Shown: positions 38,286-48,150 of the stretch, in pieces
Position numbering within the stretch: the first letter of the stretch is position 1
Layout of the letters: every line of letters starts with the position of its first letter
Source of the DNA: an uncultured Methylomirabilota bacterium
Lineage (GTDB): Bacteria; Methylomirabilota; Methylomirabilia; Methylomirabilales; 2-02-FULL-66-22
DNA: 64,000 bases
Reading direction: 5' to 3'
NCBI GenBank assembly: GCA_963845565.1
Contig: CAWJSJ010000002.1
Location: forward strand, 1,888,001-1,952,000
Notes under the pieces: model-generated
The model's input: the letters and a program-made list of their open reading frames with translations, nothing else
What the model was told of the DNA's origin: nothing
Databases searched by the model: none
Translations under genes and position numbers: made by a program

Positions 38286-38345
38286 CCTCGCCTCCTTCGC
38301 CTAAGATGTTCTGGCCCTCGTGGTAGATAGCTCATATGCAAATAG

Positions 38346-38361
38346 AGCATAGACCGTGCCT
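38346..38361 (-). promoter_or_regulatory. sigma54 promoter of the PEP-CTERM gene
   Basis: AGGCACGGTCTATGCT (GG-N10-GC), about 60 bp upstream of the start. Confidence 0.6.
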
Positions 38362-38674
38362 AACCATCCAGCAATACAGGATGGACTCGCTCTGCATCTG
38401 CTATTGCGAGTGGTGGTCGGAGGTTGTACGCCGGAGGTTCGGAGGAACGTCGCGAAGGGCAAACTGGGCCGGGGCGGGAACTGTAAGCGCACCCGACGGT
38501 TGAACGACCTGGGCGATTCAATCCCTAGAATCGACGGAGGACTAAAACGCGCTGCGTGGAGGCTTCTTCGCCGTCAGATTCCGAGCGTGCGGCGCTAGCG
38601 GCCCGTGGTGGGGCTGTGGTAGCATCGCGTGGGCCGTGTCCGGTGTAGTGACCCAGCAGAGAGGGAGAGAGGCG

Positions 38675-39178
38675 ATGGCCGGCAATCCGCGGGGCGCGGG
38701 GGTGTTGTTCTACGACAGGCATACGCAACGCGTGCTGTTGGTCCGCCGCGATAACACGCCGAGCATTCCCTTCCCCGATCACCTCGACATCCTGGGCGGC
38801 CACACGGAGGCGGGAGAGACCCCCGAGGACACCGTCGTGCGGGAGATCGCAGAAGAACTGGACGATCTGCGCAGCGGCTGCCCCTTCGTCCTCACGGGCC
38901 ATCGGCTCTTCACGGTCTACACGGACGCGCGGGGGGTGACGGATTCTGTCTTCTGCAAGGAAGCGGACTTCGACCTTGCCGATGTGCGCCTCAAGGAGGG
39001 CCAGGAACTGGTGTGGGTGACCGAAGACGAGGCCCGACGCACCCCCCTGGCCTTCGGCTACAACGACATCCTGGCGGAGTTCTTTCCGCGCTTCGAGCGG
39101 GGACGGTATGAGCCCCAGCCAGCCTACAATGCGTTAATACGGAAAAGAGAACCTTACCATGTGTTGCGCCCATTGTGA
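38675..39178 (+). CDS. NUDIX hydrolase
   Basis: GGHTEAGETPEDTVVREIAEEL; C-terminus may be frameshifted. Confidence 0.8.
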   Translation: MAGNPRGAGVLFYDRHTQRVLLVRRDNTPSIPFPDHLDILGGHTEAGETPEDTVVREIAEELDDLRSGCPFVLTGHRLFTVYTDARGVTDSVFCKEADFDLADVRLKEGQELVWVTEDEARRTPLAFGYNDILAEFFPRFERGRYEPQPAYNALIRKREPYHVLRPL

Positions 39179-39314
39179 CGGTGAATTCACGCCTAAGAAC
39201 ATCCGGGGCCGTTTCTGCTCGGCCAAGTGTCGGGCGGCGGCGTGGCACGCGAAGCGAGATCAGGTGTTGGCGTCTGTGACGAACCGTTTAGAGCACGCCC
39301 TGCAGCGGTTGTAA
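39159..39314 (+). CDS. 51-aa Zn-finger/helix microprotein
   Basis: MCCAHC..RFCSAKCRAAAW..; below the ORF-track cutoff. Confidence 0.5.
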   Translation: MCCAHCDGEFTPKNIRGRFCSAKCRAAAWHAKRDQVLASVTNRLEHALQRL

Positions 39315-39390
39315 GGGCTCCAGAGACAAAGAGAGAACCTGTGAACGCCACCCACGACACTGGGGGATGGGGCGCGATGGAGGAGCGAAC

Positions 39391-39747
39391 ATGATGCAGC
39401 GGATACTTTTTGTGGGTCTTGTAGTTCTGGCGAGCCTGTGCGTTTCGGTCCCTAACCTAATGGCTGCGGATGTGGGGCGCTACCAAATCGTTGTGGTCCG
39501 TGGGACGTCGGATGAAATGGTTGTCGTGAAGCTCGACACGGCCACTGGGAAGACGTGGGTCTTCGATGCGACACTCACCGATCTTGCAGACCCTGAGTAT
39601 CTGAAAACCCAGGGAACAGCAGACCCCCTCTCCTTGTACGAAAGTTTGGAGAAGAACGGGTTAATGGCCATCGTCCCACCATACTGGAAAGAGATGCCCG
39701 AGCGGGCGGCAGGCTATACGGTTAAGGCGAAACGTCTCTTGAAGTGA
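39391..39747 (+). CDS. Secreted hypothetical protein
   Basis: GGAGG RBS; signal peptide; GRYQIV..KLDTATGKTW. Confidence 0.65.
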   Translation: MMQRILFVGLVVLASLCVSVPNLMAADVGRYQIVVVRGTSDEMVVVKLDTATGKTWVFDATLTDLADPEYLKTQGTADPLSLYESLEKNGLMAIVPPYWKEMPERAAGYTVKAKRLLK

Positions 39748-39790
39748 GATCCCGATCTCGCCCTTCTCCGGCGCACTTACGCGGGTGGCG

Positions 39791-39977
39791 GTGTGCAGCC
39801 AGGCCATGACGGAACGGAAGACCTAGGCGTGTTCCGACCGGTGCAGAGAGGCAAAGGGCCGGCGGGAACGGGGGACTAGAACAAGCGGAGAAGGACAGGC
39901 GCGTCCGCGTGACGGCCGCCAGCATCGTGCGCCGTATCGCCGAGGAGTATCTGCGGGCGGCGGCCGAGAAGAAGTGA
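39791..39977 (+). pseudogene. Decayed paralogue of the 42829 Zn-finger gene
   Basis: VCSQAMTERKT*ACSDRCR vs ACSHAMTGRKISACSDRCR. Confidence 0.55.
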
Positions 39978-40028
39978 CGGTGGGGGTGATGGTGGAGCAG
40001 GGGGAGAGGGAACGCAACGGAGGAGAAT

Positions 40029-40508
40029 ATGCCCAGCGCGGAATCCACGGCAGAGGACGCCCCCGAGGCCAGTTTCCCGCCGTTGCCAGAGGATGAAATA
40101 TTCAGCTTCGAGGTTCAAGCCGCTGAGGTGAAACGCTCTGCGAAGGGTCCGTACGCGAACGTGAAGCTTGCAGTAGTGGATCATCCAGAGCACGCCAGTC
40201 ACTTGGTGTGGGAAATCCTGCCTTTGCCAGACGAGTTTCTCTTCGCGGCGAGGATCAGGGAAACCATCGCGTCCGAGAAGCGTCCGTGGGACAAGGCACT
40301 GTGGACCCAATACAACCGGTTCATGCAGTTCCTTGGAGCGATCGGTTTTGAGATAGGCGAGGGTGTCACACTTGAGGACAGCGGCGGGCAGAAGGCCTGG
40401 AATGTGCACCAGCTCCTCGGCCGTCGGTTCCAAGCGAAGGCGGCCACCGAGGTAACCCAAGGTCAAGCCCGGTCGCGGATTGGTATGTACCTGCCTCGTA
40501 TCAGCTAG
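40029..40508 (+). CDS. DUF669-like phage protein (putative ssDNA-binding)
   Basis: FPPLPE..EVQAAEVKRSAKG.YANVKLAVVD pattern; GGAG RBS. Confidence 0.5.
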   Translation: MPSAESTAEDAPEASFPPLPEDEIFSFEVQAAEVKRSAKGPYANVKLAVVDHPEHASHLVWEILPLPDEFLFAARIRETIASEKRPWDKALWTQYNRFMQFLGAIGFEIGEGVTLEDSGGQKAWNVHQLLGRRFQAKAATEVTQGQARSRIGMYLPRIS

Positions 40509-40645
40509 TGGACACGGTGTGACTCCTTGCGCCGCGCCGCGCGTATTCAAGGACGGGCCGTGGCTGAACCTGAACAACGCGAACGGCAAGACGATCTGGT
40601 GACAACCATGAAACGGAACTCGTCAGAGCAGGGAAGGAGGACGCC

Positions 40646-40966
40646 ATGCCACCCGACAGTAAGATCGTCTGCCCGTTCTGCCAGGCGCGCCATTCTCTCA
40701 TGGGCACCGCATTCCAGCCGGTTCCGGTCGGGATATCTGGCGATTTCAACTTTTACAACTGCCCGTGTGGTGCGCTCGGCCTCACCTCTCACGCCATCGA
40801 CGGGCCGAACTGGGACGTCCGTCGCGCGAAGGACGTCATCTCCCGCCTAATTCCGAGGGTGGGGGTGGCCGACTGCGACGTGGACATGAATCGCGTCACG
40901 CTCATCGATCCCCCGATGTGGATGCTGTGGGTCAAGCGGCGGCCGAATTCCACGCGAGCGCGCTAG
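40646..40966 (+). CDS. Cys-rich hypothetical protein
   Basis: AGGAGG RBS; CPFC..CPCG. Confidence 0.55.
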   Translation: MPPDSKIVCPFCQARHSLMGTAFQPVPVGISGDFNFYNCPCGALGLTSHAIDGPNWDVRRAKDVISRLIPRVGVADCDVDMNRVTLIDPPMWMLWVKRRPNSTRAR

Positions 40967-41126
40967 CTGCCCGGCCTCGGTGTTGCCCTCTGCGGAACAC
41001 CCGCTTCAGAGCCTCACGTTCAGATTGACCCCGCCATACCGACCGCAAATCAAAAGGGGGTTGCTTTCGCAACCCCCTGCTCTGATGGCGGGGCCGACGG
41101 GACTCGAACCCGCGACCGCCGACGTG
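40946..41126 (-). repeat. Direct repeat with tRNA-Asp 3' fragment (41086-41126) and terminator; att-like site
   Basis: About 11 mismatches in 181 bp against 44033-44213, counted by eye. Confidence 0.9.
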
Positions 41127-41142
41127 GAACGCCTGTGGGCGC

Positions 41143-41624
41143 CTAACGGATGTCAGGCGACGGCTTGGTGTTCTGTTCACGGTAGGCGGCGATGAAGTGG
41201 TCCACAAGGGCGGTCAGCATGTGCTGTGGGAACTCGGGGATGCTCGACGTGCCTGCGGTCCCCAGCCCGGCCTTGTGCCAGGTCGTGCCGAACGTCGTGA
41301 TATCTGGGTCCCGCGCCAGGCGCACGATTTGCTGGAGTTCCACCGACACCGCGAATCCGCAGAGGAGGCCGTCCAGGGCCTCGACCAGACGCCACGCTCA
41401 CGAAGAGATATGCCGTGGGGCTGGGGCTGATCCGGATGCCAGCCCGTTCCATGCGCGCCTCCACGGTGGTGTGGGTCGAGTCGTAAGGGAAGGGGGAACA
41501 TCCCGACGCCACCTCGGTGCCCAACACGATAACGTCCACGGACTCGATCCCTTTGAGTGACGCCCGCTTGATCGCCTCGAACTCTGCGGCAGGATCGTCG
41601 GCCCAGGCGGGGGAGAGCGCACAT
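41143..41624 (-). pseudogene. Frameshifted secreted hypothetical protein
   Basis: RASLKGI..VEARMERAGI..YLFVSV and VELQQIVRLARDP..TW..VDHFIAAY read as one protein across a frame change near 41385. Confidence 0.45.
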
Positions 41625-41721
41625 GGCAGCCTCCTTTCCTCACGGCGGCCGAGTGACGCCACAAACACCACGATCACCGAGGAATCTCTCGACGCTCCGA
41701 GGGCCTGCAACTGGAACCGCG

Positions 41722-41958
41722 TCAGCGGGACGCGCCCACCGTGTCGGGTTGGGGGATCACAATGAATCCGAGTTCCCGGAGGCGGGTATCGCGGTCCGGG
41801 TGGGCGCGCCGGTCGGGGTGGTCCCCCGCGGTGGTCCCGGGCGGCCCCTGCCGCCGATCGAAGAGGACCTCGACGACCCCGGTCTGGCTGCTGGAGGCGA
41901 CCAATGCCCGAAACAGCTCCGGCCGATCCCGCGACACGATGATGAGTCCGTGCGCCAT
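41722..41958 (-). CDS. Small DRR-motif hypothetical protein
   Basis: LIIVSRDRPEL..VEVLFDRR..DRR..LRELGFIVI. Confidence 0.6.
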   Translation of the reverse strand: MAHGLIIVSRDRPELFRALVASSSQTGVVEVLFDRRQGPPGTTAGDHPDRRAHPDRDTRLRELGFIVIPQPDTVGASR

Positions 41959-42345
41959 TTCCCCACCCCCACGCGACGCAGCATCCCCCGCGCACACCGG
42001 GCGGCCCTCACCGTGGCGACGGATCCGCGTTGGGATGTGGTGGGGCGTCCGGCCGGAAACAGGCCGAGAGTCGGACGAACAGGCCGGGATGTCAAGCGCA
42101 AATCCGGTTGCGGCGCGGATGCGATAACGGATGAGACGGTGCCCGCGGCATCGTCGGCGGAGGAACCATGAGATTGTTGGGAGAGATCCTCACCCTTTCG
42201 GTCTTCGTGTCGGGACTCAGCCTCGCCGCGGTCGCCCTGGGATCGGGGAAATGGGTGATACAACGTGGGAACGTGTAGCCCGCACACACCGCCAGCGCCG
42301 TGGAGGCCCGGCGGCGGTTCAAGCGCTCGGGAATCTGATCCGTCC

Positions 42346-42702
42346 CTATCGCTCGATCGCCTGGACCGTGCACGTCCTGCCGTTCTTCGTCTTGAAGGAC
42401 ATGTCGTCGTAGAGGGGCGTGATCATTCCCTGGTAGATTTCACCCATCATCGTGCACGACGAACCAGAGATTCGCAAGTGCACATCTTCGACGGAACCTC
42501 CGCGGGTCAGCTTCACTTGCCATCGCTCGATACCGGATTCCTGCACGAACTCGATCGCGGCCATCGGTTGTGCGGGCGTGATGTTGACGTTCGGCCGGAT
42601 GGGACCTTGGGCGGCCGCCAGCGAGGAGTTGAGGGCGAGCAGGGCGACTATCCCGACCGCAACGACCAGGATGAGGTGGGGGCGAAGACGACGTGTCCAC
42701 AT
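42346..42702 (-). CDS. Secreted hypothetical protein
   Basis: GGAGG RBS; signal peptide ending AAA-Q; two Cys. Confidence 0.6.
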   Translation of the reverse strand: MWTRRLRPHLILVVAVGIVALLALNSSLAAAQGPIRPNVNITPAQPMAAIEFVQESGIERWQVKLTRGGSVEDVHLRISGSSCTMMGEIYQGMITPLYDDMSFKTKNGRTCTVQAIER

Positions 42703-42828
42703 GGCGTCACCCTCCATACAGTTAGAAAAATAGACCGCCCCGCCGACCATCCACACGGTCAACAGGGGCGCAGGGAAGAACCCGACCCAGGCACACGTTT
42801 CGACTCCCGAGGCCCGGAGGGTACGATT

Positions 42829-43107
42829 ATGAGGAATACCCCAAGCTTACGTCTGCCCCCAGGCGCCGGTCAACCAGAATCCGAACGTGCGGCTGTGAGT
42901 GCCCTTGTGGTAGCATCCCCGGAAGCGTTTCGGCCCTTTCCCGCGTGCAGCCACGCCATGACCGGGCGGAAGATCTCGGCCTGTTCCGACCGGTGCCGGG
43001 CGGCGCTGAGTCGGCGAAACCGGGGCAACGAACTGGCCAGCGTGGAGGAACAGCTCATCCGGGCATTGACGCGAGTGCGGGCCCTACGGGGCTCGACGGC
43101 GGCGTAG
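42829..43107 (+). CDS. Small Zn-finger/coiled-coil protein
   Basis: GGAGG RBS; PAC..ACSDRCRAALSRR plus helix. Confidence 0.5.
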   Translation: MRNTPSLRLPPGAGQPESERAAVSALVVASPEAFRPFPACSHAMTGRKISACSDRCRAALSRRNRGNELASVEEQLIRALTRVRALRGSTAA

Positions 43108-43141
43108 GGGGCCCACGGGGCGTGGAGGACGGGAAGAGGTC

Positions 43142-43939
43142 ATGGCGAGAAAGCGCGTGTTGATTGTGGATGATGAAGCGCCCCCCCGTGCAGTCATCCG
43201 GGAGTTACTCCAACGGTACGGCTACGAGCCCGCCGAGGCTGGAGACGGCCTAGAGGGTCTTGCCAAAGCCGAGACCCTCCCCCCGGATGTCATCCTGCTG
43301 GAGGGGCGGATGCGGGGGCTCGACGGCTACGAGGTGTGTCGGCGCCTGAAGGCAAACCCACGGACGCAGCACATCCCGGTGATCTTCGTGACGGGCGTGG
43401 ATGAGGACGAACTCTACGCTCTTGCCGACGAGGTTGGGGCCGCGGCGTTTATCACGAAACCCTTTCATCTCGAGACGCTGGTGGCCGTCATCGCGGCGGC
43501 CCTCACGAACCGAGAGTCCACGGCGGACCCACCAGAGGCCAAGACCCCACCCGCGCGGCCGACGGTCCTCTGCGTCGATGACGACCCGCTCGTGCTGCAT
43601 TTCTACCGGGACCATCTCGAGCCGCGGTACCGGACGCTCACGGTGACGGACGGCCTCCAGGGTCTCGCCATGGCCCAGCAGGACCGTCCCGACGTGATCC
43701 TCCTGGATGTCCTGCTGCGGGGTTGGAGCGGGTTCGACATCTGCCGGAAGCTCCGTGCCGACCCCGTGCTCGGCGACATCCCGATCATCCTCATTTCGGT
43801 GTTGGACGATCCCAGCGTGGCGCGGACGGCGCAGACGGTTGGCGCAACCCTGACCCTCCGGAAGCCCGCCGACGCGGAGAGCATCGTCGCAGCCATTGAA
43901 CACGTGTTGCAGGACCGAGGGTGGCCCGCAGCGGACTAG
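43142..43939 (+). CDS. Tandem two-receiver-domain response regulator
   Basis: VLIVDDE..ILLE..KP and VLCVDDD..ILLD..KP. Confidence 0.88.
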   Translation: MARKRVLIVDDEAPPRAVIRELLQRYGYEPAEAGDGLEGLAKAETLPPDVILLEGRMRGLDGYEVCRRLKANPRTQHIPVIFVTGVDEDELYALADEVGAAAFITKPFHLETLVAVIAAALTNRESTADPPEAKTPPARPTVLCVDDDPLVLHFYRDHLEPRYRTLTVTDGLQGLAMAQQDRPDVILLDVLLRGWSGFDICRKLRADPVLGDIPIILISVLDDPSVARTAQTVGATLTLRKPADAESIVAAIEHVLQDRGWPAAD

Positions 43940-44032
43940 CGACCGCGAGGCGCAGGCGGCCCGACGCGTGACCGCCTCCGCGCCCTCCACGGGGTAGATC
44001 CACATCGAAAGCGCACCGCGCGTGAGAGCGCC

Positions 44033-44249
<217 letters not shown>

Positions 44250-44270
44250 AACCGCCATTTGAGACGAATA

Positions 44271-44299
44271 TTTCTACCATGCCGCCCAACCCTTTGCAA
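44271..44299 (-). promoter_or_regulatory. Putative tRNA promoter
   Basis: TTGCAA-17-TAGAAA with extended -10 TG. Confidence 0.5.
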
Positions 44300-44526
44300 G
44301 GGTTTCCTTCCCAAAGACTGCCCGTCCAACCCGCTTGGGGGTGGCCGCCTGCCGTCATCCGAGCCGGCGCCGCGGGGCGGATCGCGCCATTTTGCTTGAC
44401 GCCGCGACCCCGACTGCGGGATGCTTCGGCGCGCAGGGAGGGGGCATCGGCCCGAGCCGGTGTGATCAGGCCATGGGAATCACGCGATGGCGCGCGCGGT
44501 TCCATCATCTTTCGTTCGGAGGTGTC

Positions 44527-45354
44527 ATGACTCTCAAGGACAGAATCGGTATCGACCTCGGTCGTCGCATCCGGCTGGAAGAGGGGATCGAGTGGGCGGC
44601 GAAGCACGGCGTGCGCTACATCGACATCCAGCTCGACACGGCGGCGAATGCCGTCACGACGTTCGATGACGCCCGCGCCGCAGCCGTGCGGGCGGCGTGC
44701 GAGCGGCACGGTGTGCACCTGGGACTGCACACGCTCTCGGCGGTGAACGTCGCGGAGTATTCCCCGTACGTGTCCGAGGCGATGGACCAGTATCTGCGGA
44801 GTTACGTGGACATTTACCCCAAGCTCGGCGCCACGTGGATCGTGGTGCACGGGGGCTACCATTTCACCTCCGACAAGAAGATGCGGATGGAGGCGGGCCT
44901 CGACCGGCTGAAGCGGTTGGTGGCCTACGCCGAGAAGAAGGGGGCGCGGATCCTGCTCGAGAACCACAACACCGAGCCGGAGAAGGCGGAGATCCACTAC
45001 ATCCCGGTCACCTTCGAGGAGTGGCGTTACTTCTTCGACGGCATCCAGTCCCCCAACTTCCGGCTTTCGTTCACGGTGAATCATGCCCATCTCATCCCCG
45101 AGGGCGTCGCGGGATTCTGCGACGCCTTGGACTTCGGACGGGTGGACGAAGTGCGGATCGCCGACTGCTTCCGGCTAGGCCATGAAGTCCACCTGAAGCC
45201 GGGCGACGGAGACCTCGATTTTGCCGACATGTTCCGCCGCATCGAGGGGAAGGGGTTCACCGGTCACTACACGAATGCCTTTGCCACACTCGACGACATG
45301 CTGGCCGCGCGCGATTACCTGGTGGCGCAGGCGGCCAAGGTCGGCGTGAAGTAG
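44527..45354 (+). CDS. Sugar phosphate isomerase/epimerase (xylose-isomerase-like TIM barrel)
   Basis: GGAGG RBS; LGLH, VVHGG, LLENH, HAH, HLKPGDGDLDF. Confidence 0.8.
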   Translation: MTLKDRIGIDLGRRIRLEEGIEWAAKHGVRYIDIQLDTAANAVTTFDDARAAAVRAACERHGVHLGLHTLSAVNVAEYSPYVSEAMDQYLRSYVDIYPKLGATWIVVHGGYHFTSDKKMRMEAGLDRLKRLVAYAEKKGARILLENHNTEPEKAEIHYIPVTFEEWRYFFDGIQSPNFRLSFTVNHAHLIPEGVAGFCDALDFGRVDEVRIADCFRLGHEVHLKPGDGDLDFADMFRRIEGKGFTGHYTNAFATLDDMLAARDYLVAQAAKVGVK

Positions 45355-45467
45355 CGCCGAGGCGGCGTTGCCGCGGGAGCGCGGCTGGTCGCCCGGATCA
45401 CGCTGTCAGTTCCCATCTCAGGCATGATTGACACCAGAGCCTCAAATCAACCACAGGAGCGTGCTTC

Positions 45468-46400
45468 ATGATCTACGGACAGGGGAAGTTCAGGTACGAG
45501 CTGGTCAACCGCTGGGCGAAGCTGCCGGAGGGGGAGTCGTTCACGGACGTCGGGGGCGTGTGCGTGGACGCTAAGGACCGCGTCTTTATTCTGAGCCGGA
45601 GCGCCTACCCGATCTCGGTCTTCGATCGCGAGGGCGCCGTGGTGACCCGATGGGGAAAGGGACATTTCCAGCGGGCCCACGGGAGCTGCATCGGGGCGGA
45701 TGGCTCGCTGTACTGCACCGACGACCGGAATCACACGGTCTCGAAGTTCACCCCGGAAGGCCAGGTTCTGATGACGCTGGGGACCAAGGACAAGCCCTCG
45801 GATACCGGTTACCGGGAGGCGCTGGATCTCTTCGAGCGGATCGCGTCCATCACCCATGGGGGAGCGCCGTTCAACCGGCCGACCGGGATCGGGATCGCCC
45901 CCTCGGGCGAGATGTACGTGGTGGATGGGTACGGCAACGCGCGGGTACACCGGTTCACCGCCAAGGGGGATCTGATCTCGTCCTGGGGCGAGCCCGGTCC
46001 CGGTCCGTCCCAGTTCCGGCTGCCGCACAACATCTGGGTGGACAAAGACAGTCGCGTGTGGGTGGTGGATCGGGAGAATCACCGCATCCAGATCTTCCGC
46101 GAGGACGGAAAATTCCTGACGCAGTGGACGGATCTGTTCCGCCCGACGGACGTCTGCATCAAGGACGACATCGTGTACGTGTCCGAGCTGTGCCGGCGCA
46201 TCAGCATCTTCGACCTCGACGGCGCGCTCCTTGCTCGCTGGGGCAACGAATCGCACCCCCCCGACCAGCCGATCTTCGTTGCGCCGCACACCCTGGTGGT
46301 GGATTCGCGCGGGGATCTGTATGTCGGCGAGGTCAGCTTCACCCATGCCAAGACGGACAAGGGGCCCAACACCGTGCAGAAGTTCGTGCGGAAGGCGTAA
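45468..46400 (+). CDS. NHL-repeat beta-propeller (peptidyl-alpha-hydroxyglycine lyase-like)
   Basis: FNRPT, DGYGNARV, FRLPHNI, DRENHRIQ. Confidence 0.88.
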   Translation: MIYGQGKFRYELVNRWAKLPEGESFTDVGGVCVDAKDRVFILSRSAYPISVFDREGAVVTRWGKGHFQRAHGSCIGADGSLYCTDDRNHTVSKFTPEGQVLMTLGTKDKPSDTGYREALDLFERIASITHGGAPFNRPTGIGIAPSGEMYVVDGYGNARVHRFTAKGDLISSWGEPGPGPSQFRLPHNIWVDKDSRVWVVDRENHRIQIFREDGKFLTQWTDLFRPTDVCIKDDIVYVSELCRRISIFDLDGALLARWGNESHPPDQPIFVAPHTLVVDSRGDLYVGEVSFTHAKTDKGPNTVQKFVRKA

Positions 46401-46485
46401 CGGAGAGCCGAGAGCCGAGAGCGAGGGCAGAACAGACAGAGGACAGTGTAAAGGACGTGAGGCGTAAGGGGCGAATCGAGAGGCG
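46401..46485. repeat. Degenerate heptamer repeat tract between convergent genes
   Basis: CGGAGAG CCGAGAG CCGAGAG ... CGTGAGG CGTAAGG. Confidence 0.5.
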
Positions 46486-46501
46486 GGGGGCGGTGAGGGG
46501 A

Positions 46502-47314
46502 TTAACCGGTCAGGTCCTCGCCGCCGTCCACGCCGATGACGTTGCCCGTGATCCAGTGGGTGCCGGAGGCGCAGAGCGCGGCGATGGCCGTGGCCACGTC
46601 CGCCGGGGTGGTGAGACGCCGATAGGGGTTCTTGGCCGTCGCCCCCTCGATCATCCTTTCGTTGCCGGGAATCTTGCGTAGGGCAGGCGTGTCGGTGACG
46701 CCGGCCCGGATGGAATTCGCCGTGATCTGGTACGGCGCCAGCTCGTAGGCGAGTTGGCGGATGTGGGCTTCCAGGGCGGCCTTGGCGGCGGAGACGGCGC
46801 CGTAGGTGGGCCACACGTGGTTTCCGCCGGAGCTGGTCATGGCGAAGATCCGGCCACCCGGCCCCATAAGTTTCCTTCGCAGCAGATCTTGGGTCCAGTA
46901 CACCAGGCTGTGGGCCATGACATCCAAAGTCATTTCCATCTGGGACTGGCTCAGGACGTCCTTGGGGTCCTCGGCGACGTACGGCCGTAGCGCCCCGAAG
47001 GCGAGCGAGTGCAGGAGGACGATCACCGCGCCCGGCTCGCCGCGCTCCGCCAGGGTGCGTGCCATCTGATCCAGGACGTCCTGTCTCTTCTCCGCATCGG
47101 CGGCGTTGACGTTGAAGAAAACCGCCTCGCGGCCCATCCCTTGGATTTCACTGACGATACGCTCGACATTCCCGAGGGTCGCTCTCCGATCCATGTGCAC
47201 GCCGAAGACGTTGACGCCGCGCCGGGCAAGGGTGAGCGCCGTCGCCTCGCCGAATCCGCTCGACGCGCCCAGGATCAAGGCCCAGCCGTGTAGTGGCGTC
47301 TGCTGAGTGCTCAA
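46502..47314 (-). CDS. SDR, enoyl-ACP reductase (FabL-like)
   Basis: TTG start after AAGGAG; LGASSGFG, YGAVSAAK, TDTPAL. Confidence 0.8.
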   Translation of the reverse strand: MSTQQTPLHGWALILGASSGFGEATALTLARRGVNVFGVHMDRRATLGNVERIVSEIQGMGREAVFFNVNAADAEKRQDVLDQMARTLAERGEPGAVIVLLHSLAFGALRPYVAEDPKDVLSQSQMEMTLDVMAHSLVYWTQDLLRRKLMGPGGRIFAMTSSGGNHVWPTYGAVSAAKAALEAHIRQLAYELAPYQITANSIRAGVTDTPALRKIPGNERMIEGATAKNPYRRLTTPADVATAIAALCASGTHWITGNVIGVDGGEDLTG

Positions 47315-47498
47315 TGCGGATCTCCTTCCGGCGATCGAGTGGCGCAGCCACCAAGGAGGTCTGATTCTACTTGGGGAAGGCGCCGGAACGCAACGGGAAT
47401 GGCGGGCCGCCTTTCTCGCCTTGGCCCCCTGTGGTTGCTCCTCTATACTGTCGCGGGCGAGATCTGGGATCCGCGCCGGAACCGGCATGGGGGCTGAC

Positions 47499-48122
47499 AT
47501 GGTCGAGGCGGTCAATGCTGCGCTGAAGGAGTGGGCCGTCGTCTGCGGGGCGTTGGCGGATGGTCGCCAGACGCTCCTCATTCGCAAGGGTGGGATCCAG
47601 GAGATCAAGGACGGCTTCGAGGTCACCCACCAGCGATTCTGGCTATTTCCGACCTTTGTCCATCAAAAAGAAGCTGACCTGGTTCCCGCTGTGCGCGAGG
47701 AGTTCCGGACGATGCAAGCCGTGTCGTCGGCGTCCGGGACGCTGGCGATCCGGCTCTATGCGACCGTGGCGGATGTGGTCCAGGTGATGGATCTGGAGCG
47801 TCTGCGACGTCTGGCCGACCTGCACATCCTGTCCTGGGAGTGTGTCGCATCCCGGTTTCACTATCGCAACAAGCCGGGCGTTCACGTGCTGACCCTGCGG
47901 CTGTTCCGGCGACCTGAGCCGATCATTCTGGAGCAAAAGGCCTGGTACGACGGCTGCGTGTCGTGGGTGGAACTGGATCAGGCGATCAACCCCAGCGCGT
48001 GTGAGCCCGTGCTCTCCGATGCCGTCTTCAACGCCCGGCGTGCCGACATCCAAAGGGCGCTCGGCGGTCCGGCGATCCCGCCTGAAGCGTCGCAGGGGGC
48101 CGCCGGCTTGCATCAACCATAA
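47499..48122 (+). CDS. DUF1802 family protein
   Basis: ALKEW..GRQTLLIRKGGI.E, LFPTFVHQ, YDGCVSW. Confidence 0.85.
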   Translation: MVEAVNAALKEWAVVCGALADGRQTLLIRKGGIQEIKDGFEVTHQRFWLFPTFVHQKEADLVPAVREEFRTMQAVSSASGTLAIRLYATVADVVQVMDLERLRRLADLHILSWECVASRFHYRNKPGVHVLTLRLFRRPEPIILEQKAWYDGCVSWVELDQAINPSACEPVLSDAVFNARRADIQRALGGPAIPPEASQGAAGLHQP

Positions 48123-48150
48123 TGCATCAACCGAGATAGGGGGTGAGTCC

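Noticed and set aside
41086..41126. Second tRNA-Asp gene
   Set aside because: Only the 3' 41 nt are present; the D-arm and 5' acceptor strand are missing
35168..41150. Integron cassette array
   Set aside because: No convincing paired RYYYAAC..GTTRRRY attC sites, mixed gene orientation and no IntI
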